A stretch of 63,615 nt of DNA, counting the filler, from Octopus bimaculoides (taxonomy: Eukaryota): the NCBI RefSeq assembly GCF_001194135.2. It is 7 parts of 5 records of this genome, joined end to end, with 100 filler letters (N's around TTAATTAATTAA, not from the genome) between each part and the next. Parts side by side here need not be neighbours in the genome. Positions count along the whole stretch, not along the records: positions 1 to 2,396 come from NC_068989.1; positions 2,497 to 16,704 come from NC_068982.1; 5 more parts are not named here. The stretch is one strand, 5' to 3'. The notes under the pieces are model-generated. The model worked only from the letters and a program-made list of their open reading frames with translations. It was not told where the DNA came from and searched no databases. Position 1 is the stretch's first letter; every line of letters starts with the position of its first letter. The translations under genes and the position numbers were made by a program. This document shows, in pieces, positions 1-13,523 of this stretch.

Positions 1-211
1 TATATATATATATATATATATGTAGTGTGTATGTATATATTTGTATAGGCATGCGCGTACATACATACACATATGCATACATCCATACATACAAACATAC
101 ATCCATACATGCATACATAAACACATGCATACATACACGCATATATGCATACATATATATATATATATATATGCGTGCATACATTCATACATGCGTACGT
201 AAATATGTGTG

Positions 212-243
<32 letters not shown>

Positions 244-585
244 TGTATATTTCTGCAGTGAAATACTTGTTGCATATTAAAGAAAATCAAAGAAATTTTG
301 AATAAAGAAGGTTATTCGATATGTGAGAGATAATTCTTAGTTGAAAAGAATGAAGGATGGCATGTATGTGTATATGCATGTGCATATTTTATTATGCGTG
401 TGTATATATATATACACATCTATACCTCTGCATATGCATGTCTATATCCACATGCATATATATATANNNNNNNNNNTATATATTTATGATTATAAATGTT
501 TTTTACCGAAAAAGGTTTTTTCATACTGAGCTACCCGGCAGAATTGTTAATTATTAATTTTATTACTAATTGATGATTCCCTGCC

Positions 586-661
<76 letters not shown>

Positions 662-1258
662 GCACGCACGTGTGAGCATGTGTGCATGTGTGCATGTTTT
701 TTCTGTATTTATATAAGTGTATATCGCTGTGCATGCCTGTGTGTGTATATGTATGTGTGCAAGTGACGGTGCGTGGTGTATTGGTATTCATATACACACA
801 TTTTATACATTCCTTTTATACATATATTTATGTATGTATATGCATATATATATATATANNNNNNNNNNNNNNNNNNNNNNNNNNNNNNNNNNNNNNNNNN
901 NNNNNNNNNNNNNNNNNNNNNNNNNNNNNNNNNNNNNNNNNNNNNNNNNNNNNNNNNNNNNNNNNNNNNNNNNNNNNNNNNNNNNNNNNNNNNNNNNNNN
1001 NNNNNNNNNNNNNNNNNNNNNNNNNNNNNNNNNNNNNNNNNNNNNNNNNNNNNNNNNNNNNNNNNNNNTATATTATATATATATGTGTGTGTGTGTGTGT
1101 ATAGAAGCGAGGGAAGGGAATATCACCTGTTAAGTAACTCAGAATAGATAAAGGTAAGCTTGTCAAAGTTTAATGCAGTTTAGATATGGAGATTAAGATT
1201 GTTTGTTATTGGATATTCATCGCGTACAATGTTCCTAGTCAATTTAATCACCGTCGCT

Positions 1259-1462
1259 GGTGGACAGTCGAAATAAATAAATAGACAAAATCCTTTCACT
1301 TTTATGATATTCTCTAACCAAATAATAATACACAATTACAACATATAAATGAATTATAACAGGTGGACAGTCGTAATAAATAAATAGATAAGATACCTTG
1401 ACTTTTATGATATTCTCTAACCAAGTAATAATACACAATTACAACGTATAAATAAATAATAA
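1259..1462. repeat. Tandem duplication, ~103-bp unit x2
   Basis: ggtggacagtcg...cttttatgatattctctaaccaa...cacaattacaac starts at both 1259 and 1362. Confidence 0.85.
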
Positions 1463-1574
1463 ATAAAAGATGTGAAAATCACTAAATCTAATGCCAATAA
1501 ACGACCATATAAATTAAAAAAGTATGGAAGACTTCACATATAAAAAACTATGCACATACAACGAATTAGAGAAA

Positions 1575-2379
1575 AAACCCGGATGAGGAAGATGATTTCT
1601 TCAGCAACATCACTTAATTCCGGGAGAGCAGGAGCAATAGGTCACTGAAATTCAAGGCGCATAACTTGATGAAGATCTGGATGGAGGCTGCCTAGAAGGA
1701 GGTCCTGACTGAAGTTACCTTTTTGGATGAGCAGGTCTTGATCGACCTGTTCACCAAGTATATAACTGCCATCCCATCTAGTGCTGTAGTTGAGCGCCTA
1801 TTTTTTTTTATAGACAAAGATAGTTTGAGGGCCAAGAGAGTCACCCTGTCAGATGGTAACTTTGAGAGGCTGACTTTTATGAAGGGCAACCAGCGTCACG
1901 TTGAGGCGATGGAGAAGGCGCAGCCAGAGTAGCACACCTTGATCATCATCTGATCTTGGCATGATACCTATGCTATACTGTACCTTTTTGATTCGTTTAA
2001 TACTTTTGTACAGTAAATAAAGTGTATGTTGACTGAAAAACTGTTTAATTTCATTTGTTCATTTAATTATTTGCGTATATCTTGATCATCATCCGATCTT
2101 GGCTTGCTATACCTATTTGGAAAGCTCTATGTCTAAGCTACAACATGAAGAATTCAGCTCCCTAGATTTGCTTTTAAGGATTTTAGAGCCCCCCTCCCCC
2201 AAAAGAAAACCCCAAACCGAAGCTAAATTCATATGTTAGCAGTTATCAGTTAGCGTTAGATATCCGCTGATCGTTTTTTTTTACCTGTTTAGTGGTTTAG
2301 CGTTTGTGAAGCTAATCGTTTTAGTTAGCGGATTAGCGGCTAGCGAAGCTAACTTTTTGACTAGCTGTGCCCACCACTG
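1575..2379 (+). mobile_element. hAT-superfamily DNA transposon 3' remnant
   Basis: Reads LFTKYITAIPSSAVVERLF...SLRAKRVTLSDGNFERLTFMKGN (hAT C-terminal dimerisation domain). Subterminal region rich in short TAGC/GCTA repeats. Terminus ...GTGCCCACCACTG is the reverse complement of CAGTGGTGGGCAC, an hAT-type end. Confidence 0.75.
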
Positions 2380-2396
2380 TATATATATATATATAT

Positions 2397-2496
2397 NNNN
2401 NNNNNNNNNNNNNNNNNNNNNNNNNNNNNNNNNNNNNNNNTTAATTAATTAANNNNNNNNNNNNNNNNNNNNNNNNNNNNNNNNNNNNNNNNNNNN
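2397..2496. other. Artificial 100-bp assembly spacer (44N-TTAATTAATTAA-44N)
   Basis: Identical structure at 16705-16804, 25094-25193, 28006-28105, 42073-42172 and 61996-62095. TTAATTAATTAA gives stops in all six frames. Confidence 0.97.
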
Positions 2497-2570
2497 AGAA
2501 GAAGAAGAAGAAGAAGAAGAAGAAGAAGAAGAAGAAGAAGAAGAAGAAGAAGAAGAAGAAGAAGAAGAAG
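2497..2570. repeat. (GAA)n microsatellite
   Basis: Direct inspection. Confidence 0.98.
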
Positions 2571-2920
2571 GGAGCGGTATGACCCAGTAATAGAGGCTGT
2601 CCGTGGATTGCACTTTAATTGTCAACTGCCCTAAAAGTGAACTGTTCTGACTGTAGCAATAGTGGGAGGAACTATTCTAAATAAATTCATGGGTAGCAAC
2701 TGTCCTTAATATATCTATCGTTTTTAATATTTACATGGGTGTTATTCTTATTTCTTTACTGCCCACAAGGGGCTATACACAGAGAGGACAAATAAGGACA
2801 GACAAACGGATTAAGTCGACTATATCGACCTCAGTGCGTAACTGGTACTTATTTAATCGACCGCGAAAGGATGAAAGGCAAAGTCGACCTCTGCGGAATT
2901 TGAACTCAGAACGTAGCGGC

Positions 2921-3670
2921 ATTATAGGTTGCATCGTCCCCAAATTTATAGAGGTAAAAAATTCTAAAGTCGGGTTGTTCATTAGTGGCGCAGATGTCGA
3001 TGATATTTTTTTCGCAAATGTCGATGTATTCTCGTATTTTAATCTGAGATCTATGTACGGTCATCATCTGGCATTGACTGTTTTTTAGTTTGATCAATGT
3101 ATTGCTCCCGACATCCTGAACAAGTTAACACATATATCAGGTTTTCCGAAACACATGTGAAGTTCTTTTTCGCTGTAAAACGTTGACCCTATTTGAACTT
3201 CGATCCCTGAATTAGGTTGATGCATATACCACAGTCAGGTCTTCAGCATTTTTTTCTTTTACTGTCGGTTACGATGTTGTTGACGAGTGTACATGGGCTT
3301 GTGTTAGAATACTTATCACTACCTTGGGTTGTCTTTTGCTCTTTATCATGGCTTGCATTTAAAGGAATAGAATCATTCTATGGTCCCTTTTTAGTAAAGG
3401 AATTTCAAGAGGATGGTGTCGAAGACTTCCTTGTTTAGAGGGATGTGTATGGATATGTATGGTAGGGTTTTGGCTGTAATTCATTCTTTAGTTTGGGATG
3501 TCTGTGTCTGTAGATGCTGAGTTGTATGGTACGTAGAAAACTTTCATCAATTAGTGATAATGAGTAATACCTGCTGATGAGTGTATATTTTAGCTCACGT
3601 AGTCGTGTGTCAGTGGGGCTTTTATCAGATAATATAGTGCAAATCAGGTTTCTTAATTTAGCATCAAGTT
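2921..3670 (-). mobile_element. Second Penelope-like element fragment (thumb, linker and GIY-YIG part)
   Basis: Minus strand reads LICTILSDK...RLRELKYTLISRYYSLSLIDE, KTLPYISIH, IKSKRQPK and KKC*RPDCGIC...NFTCVSENLIYVLTCSGCREQYIDQT, collinear with the 40380-40960 protein. Stops and frameshifts present. Confidence 0.8.
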
Positions 3671-3699
3671 TCTTACTGCGGTTAGCCTTCTAGCTTGAT

Positions 3700-4715
3700 T
3701 GCTGATAAGCCCATTTCAGACCCTGCTGTAAAATTCTTATGATCTTATATTGTTCAATCCTTTCAACTTACCTCTTAATTTTGGTAGCTCTCACCGCCTG
3801 TCTTTGTTTCAGCCCTTCAGGGAGCGTTGAACCTCCTATCTACGTTCTAGTTTGTGTTATTTCCTGTTCATCCTGATTTCATTATGTTTGTTACTTTCAA
3901 GGATGTTGATAGGCGTTCATTATTTCTACATTGTTTGCTTTATCCTTCTTTGCAGTCTCTACGTTTCCCCTTTTAGAATTTGCTTCCTAAGTAGATTATA
4001 GAAGCGTTAATCAATCCATTCGTTCCGGTGATATTACCTATCTTAATTTCTTTCAGTACTATATTCACTATATTTCTTTCAGTACTATATTCACTATATT
4101 TCTTTCAGTACTATATTCACTATATTTCTTTCAGTACTATATTCACCATCCGAGTCCAAAATGTTGTCCCCTTTCTTGAATCCATTTTCTTCCACACCTA
4201 AGCTTTTCTCATTGATACCAGTGATGTCTTCGATAATTCCTCTGTTCCTCTTTCTCAGTGCCTCTCAGTCTCAAAAATTAACCAGCATAATTCTCTTGAA
4301 CACCTTCATTAAATACAATCTCGCCATCATTTTCTGTAGCCAAACTGTGTTTTCAAACATCACCGCCTTCTCAATCTCATCAAGCTCTGATACAGTTAAG
4401 CACCCGTTCTTCTTTATCATCCTTGCCAGGTCACACACTCTCTGTTTTGTAATATTTAATCTCTACGTCTCCAAACAGATGCCATATATATTTCCTTTTC
4501 AATATCCTATTGTGAGCTTTCCGTACCCATCAACGGATCTGCTCAGAAAATAATATTCCATGACAGATATATTCATCGACTTAAATCATTTTATTTTCGA
4601 AGCTGTAAAATGGTCATCGGGCCTGTGCTGCTCATTCACAGGACACCTGCAAGATGAGGAGAATGTCACCTGAAGTTTCACCCTCATTAATTCTTTTTGT
4701 CCGTTATTATTAGTA
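3700..4715 (-). mobile_element. R4/Dong-clade non-LTR retrotransposon, 5' fragment
   Basis: Minus strand reads VMEYYFLSRSVDGYGK...ITKQRVCDLARMIKKNGCLTVSELDEIE and EGLKQRQAVRATKIKR*VERIEQYKI, resembling the conserved N-terminal blocks of R4/Dong ORFs. Its 5' side abuts a (TTA)n array. Family recognised from memory. Confidence 0.65.
4046..4146. repeat. Minisatellite, 26-bp unit x~3.9
   Basis: atttctttcagtactatattcactat repeated exactly with no spacers. Confidence 0.95.
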
Positions 4716-4756
4716 GTAGTATTTTTACTATTGTATCATTATTATTATTATTATTA

Positions 4757-4824
<68 letters not shown>

Positions 4825-5339
4825 GTGTGAGAGCAGTGCATGTCATCAAAGTGACACTGGGGTAAAATATACGAAGCCCATTAAACCCATCATGACTACA
4901 TATCTAATAAGGGTACATCAGGCACATGCATCACAACCACATGTGCGCGACATGGTGATCTCATCAAAATAATCAGCGCAGGTCGAGTAGCCGATCCCGC
5001 TTAAAAGGTCCCTGAATAAGGTTTGTTTAAGGATGTGGAGAAAAACACCCATGTTTCCAAAGGTGAATTAATCAAACCCCAAAGAATTCTTCTCCACACA
5101 TGGCTATGATGCTCTTCCACTACTTCTGCTTGTGATCAGAGATGCATATATCGTCAGCCACTAAGGAACATGCTCAAGTAGTTAAGGTCAAACAACTGAC
5201 AAGCAAATCTGTGGTAATAAGCAGAATATTTGCTGTAGACCATCTTTTATACTAAGACAAAGCAATGCACATGATAACACTTCCAATCAATTAAGATCAG
5301 AAGCCATGATAGTCACTGCTTGGTACTGCATCCGGGCGC
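4825..5339 (-). repeat. Unclassified ~515-bp interspersed repeat flanked by (TTA)n on both sides
   Basis: A second copy at 42811-43253 aligns collinearly (tcaaagtgacactgggg...aagcaaatctgtggta..agcagaatatttgctgtag) and abuts (TTA)n at the same end. Strand is inferred from treating (AAT)n as the tail. Confidence 0.8.
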
Positions 5340-5400
<61 letters not shown>

Positions 5401-8118
5401 TGTCATCGTCATCATCACCAACACCACCACCACTACCATCATCATCATCTTCATCATTATAATTATTATTATTTCTTGCTATGCATAAAATCAGTCGGAA
5501 ATTAATTTGTAGTATTACACAACCACTTTAGCATTCCGTTCCGGATGTGAAGTCTATTTTATAGTGATAAATTCGATATTAATTCATAAATTTCTATTGT
5601 AGCTGGAAAAAGAAATTATTCGTGTATGTTCCGAACGTAGTATACCGTATCTTACAACAAATCTATCATTAATCATACTCAAAAAAGAAACCAAAATAGT
5701 AAATGTGTTACATTCTCACCTTCTTATCTTTCATCCATCTCTCATGTATATGTGTATCTGTAGAAGTGCACATGTCTATGCACACATGCGTTCATGTATT
5801 GTCTGTGCATCTATCTAGTATTATTTATCATGTGTTATTTATCAACCTATGTGTAAGACGATTTGTAGAGGCATATCTTCTCCTTATTTGCGAAAAGTAA
5901 ATTTCCAGACTACACGGTGTCTTTTTTGTCTGTTTCCTATATCGGTCTATACCTACGCGCGCGCATATAATAATGATATTAATTGCAGCATTTCATATGT
6001 TAAAGATATAATTCATACAAATGATCTTTAACCTTTTCTCCGAAACGAACATCTGAACGCTTGTATTTCGGAAGAACGTAATACAGCCATCAGAAGGACT
6101 ACGATTATACATAGCAACGCTTACCTTAGTAAAACATAGCTAAAATACCTCATATAATACTAATGGGAAATCTATTCATATGCCGGTTCAGTTTACTCGC
6201 CGCAGTAACAATGGAATGCATAGGTAATGTAGCATGACTATTTTGGGTTTCACACCTTCTTCGGACACAGGTATGCACAAAATCTTATCGAGCAATGAAA
6301 AGCTATTTTCTCCTTGAATTAAATATAATGAATTATTAAAAGGCATACTAATCAATGTTCATACTGCGCTACACCTAACTTAGCTGATATTATAGGCGCT
6401 ATTCATAATTAGAAATAAAACAATGTATGAAATAATGTTTGTGGGTTTGATTATCCCAGTAGTTCGTTTCTCTTTAGTCCTGGTATTAAAAACACATCTC
6501 ATTGTTGATTCTGTACTTCTTCATGACATTAGCTTTAGTAGCAGTACAATTAGTAATATTTCACAAGCGAGATAGCCTGATATTATGTAAGTATAGGAAT
6601 CGATATAATTGTATCTGAGTAATCAGTGTCTTTTGACAAATATAATATACACATTTTCTGATCAGACACTGTATGAATTACACCGTGTGGGTACGACAGC
6701 ATTAAATTTCAAATTAAAATGAAGTAACCGGGTACATCTTTTCAATAATTATATAATACGTCTCTAGTAAAATTTATTTTCGACTTCAAATGCAAACGTA
6801 TTGATTACTCTATCTAGTATTCTATTATACAGTGAGCAATTTGTGGTGGAGAGTCATTTGTAATTTATGATGCATGGAGTCATTGAGTTCCTAAGATGTA
6901 GCCTTGATACTTTGTTATTCACACTACTTTTCTAAATTCTTCCAATGACTCCATTTAGCTAATGTACTGTAGAAAAATCATAAAATTTGACATAAAATTC
7001 CATTCATTCGGTTATCACTTCTTTTTCTCTTATTTTTCATGCCCCTAAAACATCTTATATTCATGCCCCTAAAACATCTTATAATTTTTTTGCATATGTA
7101 TTCAGCTTAATGATTCTCATTTCGGTTTTTACTATCCTGTATAATTATTTATTGATTCAGTAAGGTGTGATGAATTTGTTATTTCATTATTGTTTTAATT
7201 TTATTCTAAAGTATTATATTATGTTATTGCATGATTACATTTTGACTTTGATATAATTCAGCACTTTATCGGCCACTTTTGTTTACGAAACTATTTTTAG
7301 CTTCTATTTTTCTAACATTTCTTCTTTACACTCTGATGTGTTTCTGGCTTTTTTTCTCTTTTCCTCATTCTATTATTCTTTCATCTTTTATCGTCGTTGG
7401 TCCTTTGACGTTACTTTTGACATATGTATTCCCCTAATTAGAGCTTCTCTGTGAACATCATTTCGTTTATTCCCACCTAAAGTGGAATGCTTTAGTCGTT
7501 GCCCCAAACAAAGTCCGACATTATCCAACTTTTATTTGGCCTATGTTATTGGCCTTAGCGTAACAATCGATTTTATTTAGTAGTATACTTGCATTTCTTT
7601 CTGTTCAATGTCTTTATTCTCTGACTTTCTTTCACCATGTCAATATGTTTGCTTTCTAACTCAGTCAATGTAAGTCCCTTCCACACTCACTGCATAGAGA
7701 ATGGGTTGGATTTAATTTCATATTGCATGAAGGTCTATAATCATTGTCTGTATTTGTTCCAGCATGTTAAATGACATATACCGCTTCAGTGATTGAAACG
7801 ATTGCAGCTGGAGATGTAATACCAATGTTTTCATCCTTTTATTTCATTGATGTCATACTCTACGATTCATGAAATATCCGAGATTCTTATTGTTGTAGAA
7901 TTCTATAGATTTACCATCTTGTTTTCCCTTTCTGTCCATTCTGAACGCCAGGAGTTAGCATAAAATAGTCGCCTGGGTTCCAATAATTCCTCGTTATATA
8001 TATATATATNNNNNNNNNNNNNNNNNNNNNNNNNNNNNNNNNNNNNNNNNNNNNNNNNNNNNNNNNNNNNNNNNNNNNNNNNNNNNNNNNNNNNNNNNAT
8101 ATATGTGTGTGTGTGTGT

Positions 8119-8153
<35 letters not shown>

Positions 8154-11100
8154 TACTACACGCATACATATATTTATATATGTACATACGCATACAAATG
8201 TGTGTGCGTGTTGTGTGCGGCGTTGAGTGCTTACATGTATGTATAGGAACTCATTTTGTTTCGTGCGCTCAAGAATAATACATGATATCAAGTGTTAGGT
8301 AAATTTGTCGCATATCTTTAAGGTCAGTGGATGCAATATAATTTTGAAAATGACTCTATCTTATATATACGAAGATCTACAAGCGGATACAATATAACCA
8401 CAGTAGGTAAATATACCATCGTAACTGTATATGCATGTTTAAAATTATATTATATGGCGTGTACATAGTAGATGTCTTTATAAATACATATATACTACAA
8501 AAAGAATCATAAATATTTACGTCAATGAATGTGCGCACACACAAGAATAAAAAAAAAACTGTCATTGAATTGTTTGTAAATATTCATACTCTGTAATTTT
8601 ATTTTCCAATGCAGACACAACATTGTATGATTCTACTGTTTGTATTATATTCATCGTAAAACGATATATTTCACACCAAAATCGAAACTATATATTTTAA
8701 ACTATAAAATATAGAAAATATATTTTAGTTAAAAACCTAATAATTATTTAAAACATCCTATCTTTATTGAAAAATCTACAAATATTACGAATCTCATTTT
8801 TTCTTTGTTTAGAAAATAAATTTTCTTTTATACTCTCGCTTTATCGTTTTCTTTTAAAATATTTCAATAACAGTGAAATGAATTTTTATATATTTAATTC
8901 ATAACAACCATATTTTCGTTGTTATTTTCATCATATATTATCCATATAAATTTAGAATTACATCTACTTAAATAAGTATATATGGAAGCACATATTTATG
9001 CATACGCGTGTGTATGATGTACATAATATTTAGAATATTAAACTAGTAAATTCTATACAAATTTTAATTAAACGCTTCTGTATGAAGTAAAAATTTTGTA
9101 TAATTCATAAATACATTATTCTTTTTATCATTTCTGGACCAATCAGTTTTCCATTATTTTTTCCTTCAGTTGTATTGGTGAATAAATTATATCATGTTGA
9201 ATGTAGAGTAGACGCGCTTGATGCGTCACACAGAGCACAATTATAATCTGTCCCAGGGCCTGTGATGTACAGACACAGATCGCAGTAACTAGTGAAAATA
9301 TAGATTTATACACACACTTAAACCTGCCTTCTCTACCGACATATTTTCCGTGTCTGTGTGTGTGAGTGTGCGTGTACGTGTGTGTGTGTGTGCATGTATG
9401 TATGTATGTATGTATAATTGACAGAAACAGCAGTCACTAAAGAAATAGATTATTTATTTGCATTCTGATTTAAATTATCACAATATGTACGCTGTTTCTG
9501 TACAAGCAAATAGCGTGAACGAAATCCATGACACTCCGAGTAGCTATATAAATATATACATATTTGTTAAATGTATACATATTTCTGTGTGAACATTAGT
9601 CCATCCTCTTTTAATTGTAAGTGAATACTTTAAAATTATTTTTATGTGATATGATGCAAATCCGTTTCAGATGTCTTCAAAGTCTTGTTTATAACTACGC
9701 AGTAAAGCTGTATGCAATTTATATAGCGAATACTTTCATTCTTGTTAAAGGAAAGAAGGTGAGAATAATTGTTGAAGTAGTTTGTTATGATATAATACAC
9801 GATGTCTTACTGGCTCATTGTAACAAGATGTATTTGAAATTTTCGGCGACGATTGTAGATTATATTTTAAATGAATAGATTCACTAGCATTCACTGAAGA
9901 ATACATTTTTTTTCAAAAGCATTGTTGTTTCAAGAAATCACATTAACTATCTAAAATGTCAAATCAACGACATTGCAGGTGTTATTCTGTCAGGTAATTA
10001 AATTCAGTAAAATAAAAAAGCGCTATCTTGCAAACTAGACATATTCCAGTGTGTACACATATATAGGGTATCAATTAGAAATTAGAAATAGATAATTACT
10101 TGTTTTCTTTTGTAATTAAAATTTTGCCAAAATGTTTCATATTGATAATGTTATGCTTTCATTGTAGAGTGACTGAGGGATAATAATATACACGTATATG
10201 TATGTACGTGTGAATACATTTGTTTACTTCTCTTTAGCGTCATTTAGACTATTTTACTTAAGTTCAAATCTCAGCAGTGAATATATGATTTGTTTCATTT
10301 ATTTCAAAGCTAACAAATACCAGTTTTGTACCGGGGAGGAAAAATACGGTTCTACATTTCTATACATTAATATTCTCGTCAATGCAGAAAAAAATATTGT
10401 GTAAGCCAACACAGAGATATGTATGAGGTTGCTGTCAAATGCATGAATGCATATTTCTCTATTTTCCATTCATGGATGTATATTCTGAGATAATACTGCC
10501 ATGGTTTTGAAAGGAATAGCACGTTTTACAATATAGGGTTCCTTCATTCCAAAATCACTGTTGTATTCTATTTATCGATCCGAGAATTTTTTCGTTTATT
10601 AATGTCCATGCTGTATCCCTAAACATGCAGACTTTGGACGCGTAACAGGCATCTAACGAAGAATATCGATTATTCATTAACATACATGCATGCAAAAATA
10701 TATAAATACTAACAATACACAAATACCTACTTATAAAGGCGCATATTTACAAACATAGACACAACGATAAGCAGTTGAGCTCTCTGTGACAGAAAGGGAC
10801 ATTTCAAAGTTACATGAATAAGCCACCACAAGGGTAAATGGATGAATGCCAAAAAGATAACTGATATCAGAAAATATAAACAATATTTTTAAATGATTTC
10901 TCTCTTTAGGAACGTATAAACTGACACAGGACAAAATCATAAACATTTATACTTCAATTTCAATATTATTTTCTTAAAATATGACAATTGAAAAACGATG
11001 GGTAATTGCTTGTTTTCCTTTCTAATTGCAATTTCCCAATATGTTTTATGTATGTTAATGCAATATTTTCACAGATTGATTTTGTGACGGAAGGGTAATA

Positions 11101-12934
11101 ATATGTATATTCATCTGCACATGTGTGTGTTTTCGCATGTAATTTTGTTTAAAGCTAATTGACGTTAAAAAATATTTTATCATATTTTACATTTAGAATA
11201 TCCAAATGTGATAAAATTATTGTAGAAAGAAAATTACTATCTGAACAACGAAAAATACAAAATTCATAAATGCTCGGGGTCCATCATTCTAAACATAAAG
11301 CATTTTGAATGTACCTATTGCGTTTAAATTACTATGATTTTTGTTTATAGTAGACTAACATAGGTGAGCATATTTTAATATTTGTCGGCAATTACAGATC
11401 AAAAGAAATATATTAAAAATTTGTATGTAATTGCATAAGCGTGTATATTACTAAAAGATACAAACAAGCTTGGCGTATATGATCATTGATTATGAATTTG
11501 ATGGCAACCATTCCCAGCAATTAATCTTCTCAAATAGCTGTTACCTTCTTCCCATCACATTCGCTGTAGAAACGTGTCGTTTCAGATCTTAGCGATATGC
11601 GTTTCAACCTTAAATTCGCCATGCAAGTAATCATTATATATAACATGCATGACAAGACGACATCAATAGAAAAGCAGACAATTACAACATAGCAAGAGAT
11701 GTAAAAATTATTATCAGCTATAGTGGTATCTAAAATATAACACATAGGTTTCTTGGAGCTAAGTAATCTATGACGAAATGTGTAATTGCTACAAATGGCA
11801 AAGATTTTATATCAATAGAAGGAACATGTGCGATTATTGGAAATGTTGTCATGAATTAGCTGTCTGGACATTAATATTAAAATGTTGGGCTGCACAAACT
11901 CAAAAACGAAATGACTTATAACTACGTTTCCACTAATAGCCGCTAATTCTATATTTGAAAAAAAGAAAAGCATTCTGTAGCATATTGGCAGTGCCGGTAG
12001 AGATTCTTGGATAAAGAGTCTTAACTGATGCCTTATAAAGAGTCCTTCAAAGCTGATGGTGTTCTCATCAGAAGTCTGTATATTAGGTTAACCAATCCTA
12101 CAAAGAAAAGAAAAGCGAAGGCAACCTACTTATACAGTCGACAAATCCAATAGATATACAGTAGATTGCAGCAACTAATTTGCATAGTATAAGTGTTTCA
12201 CACTTAATTCAATATCAGCTGCCTGCATTGAATTGCATGCTTGTTTCAAATGTGACTCAATAAAAGGTTTGGACAGATTTCTCGCTTTATGAACTATGTT
12301 CTTTTAATCTAAGTCCCTCTCATACTCTCTCTCTCTCTCTCACCCTCTATCTATCTATATATCTATCTATCTCCCTCTCTCACTCTAAATGTATATAAAT
12401 ATGTGTGTGTGCACTAGTGCCTGTTTATGTAATTACATGTATATGCATATGTATTTGTGTATATATATATATATATNNNNNNNNNNNNNNNNNNNNNNNN
12501 NNNNNNNNNNNNNNNNNNNNNNNNNNNNNNNNNNNNNNNNNNNNNNNNNNNNNNNNNNNNNNNNNNNNNNNNNNNNNNNNNNNNNNNNNNNNNNNNNNNN
12601 NNNNNNNNNNNNNNNNNNNNNNNNNNNNNNNNNNNNNNNNNNNNNNNNNNNNNNNNNNNNNNNNNNNNNNNNNNNNNNNNNNNNNNNNNNNNNNNNNNNN
12701 NNNNNNNNNNNNNNNNNNNNNNNNNNNNNNNNNNNNNNNNNNNNNNNNNNNNNNNNNNNNNNNNNNNNNNNNNNNNNNNNNNNNNNNNNNNNNNNNNNNN
12801 NNNNNNNNNNNNNNNNNNNNNNNNNNNNNNNNNNNNNNNNNNNNNNNNNNNNNNNNNNNNNNNNNNNNNNNNNNNNNNNNNNNNNNNNNNNNNNNNNNNN
12901 NNNNNNNNNNNNTTTTTTTTTTTTTTTTTTTTTT

Positions 12935-13466
12935 TTGTTCAGCTGAAAGCGGTTTTAGCTAAAACCTGAAACACTTGCGTCGCATACCCAAATCTTCATT
13001 GATAATGGACTGAACTGAAGCGTAACTAATCTGCACATCCTCTAATACATCATGGATGCTGGTTCGACGATTTCCGCTCACAGCTGCACACATATCTCCG
13101 ATGTCTTTCTCAGTTGTGCTGGTTGTGGGTCTCCCAAAACGCTCGTCGATATCGGTAATTTTTCCGCCATCTCAGAAACTTCTGAACCAATTGTACACTT
13201 GTGTGCGGCTCATTCACTCCTCTCCATACACTTTCTGCGACTTTGCGTCGGCCTCTTCGCAGGTATCGGTATGACAACTTTCTCTGTCATGGTGAATGCG
13301 ATGATCACAAGCATTGCTGTAAACAGCGGAAGTAAGCTAGAACATTAAATATTAGTGCGTATGCAGAGCAGAGATCAATGTCAACCTGTGCCAAGCGGCT
13401 TCAATCTGGGTGCTTTAGCTTTGTTACCATGGCAACAGACCGGATACTTATTGATCAGACCTCGTG
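12935..13466 (-). mobile_element. mariner-family transposon 5' remnant with one terminal repeat
   Basis: Minus strand reads KVYGEE*MSRTQVYNWFRSF*DG...DERFGRPTTSTTE...ISYASVQSIINEDLGMRR (mariner HTH). The element end CACGAGGTCTGATCAATAAGTATCCG at 13466-13441 is flanked by TA (13467-13468). Confidence 0.85.
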
Positions 13467-13472
13467 TATACA

Positions 13473-13523
<51 letters not shown>

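Noticed and set aside
2441-2452. Recurrent TTAATTAATTAA motif (six copies) as a biological signal
   Set aside because: Always centred in exactly 44N+12+44N; a six-frame-stop linker inserted by the assembly pipeline.
3573-3605. CTGATGAG...CTC as a second hammerhead ribozyme
   Set aside because: No GAAA after the putative stem II, and the sequence is the antisense of PLE coding sequence (RELKYTLISR).
4046-4146. 26-bp repeats as a CRISPR-like array
   Set aside because: Contiguous identical units with no spacers, eukaryotic context and no cas genes; an ordinary minisatellite.
4161-4553. 130-aa hydrophobic + strand ORF as a membrane protein
   Set aside because: Antisense of the purine-rich R4/Dong coding strand.
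9180-12090. Several short AG...GT-bounded segments (e.g. near 9200-9290, 10740-10870, 11586-11626) as exons
   Set aside because: No recognisable protein motif or consistent phase chain; not supportable without transcripts.
13052-13348. 98-aa + strand ORF as a gene
   Set aside because: Antisense shadow of the minus-strand mariner remnant.
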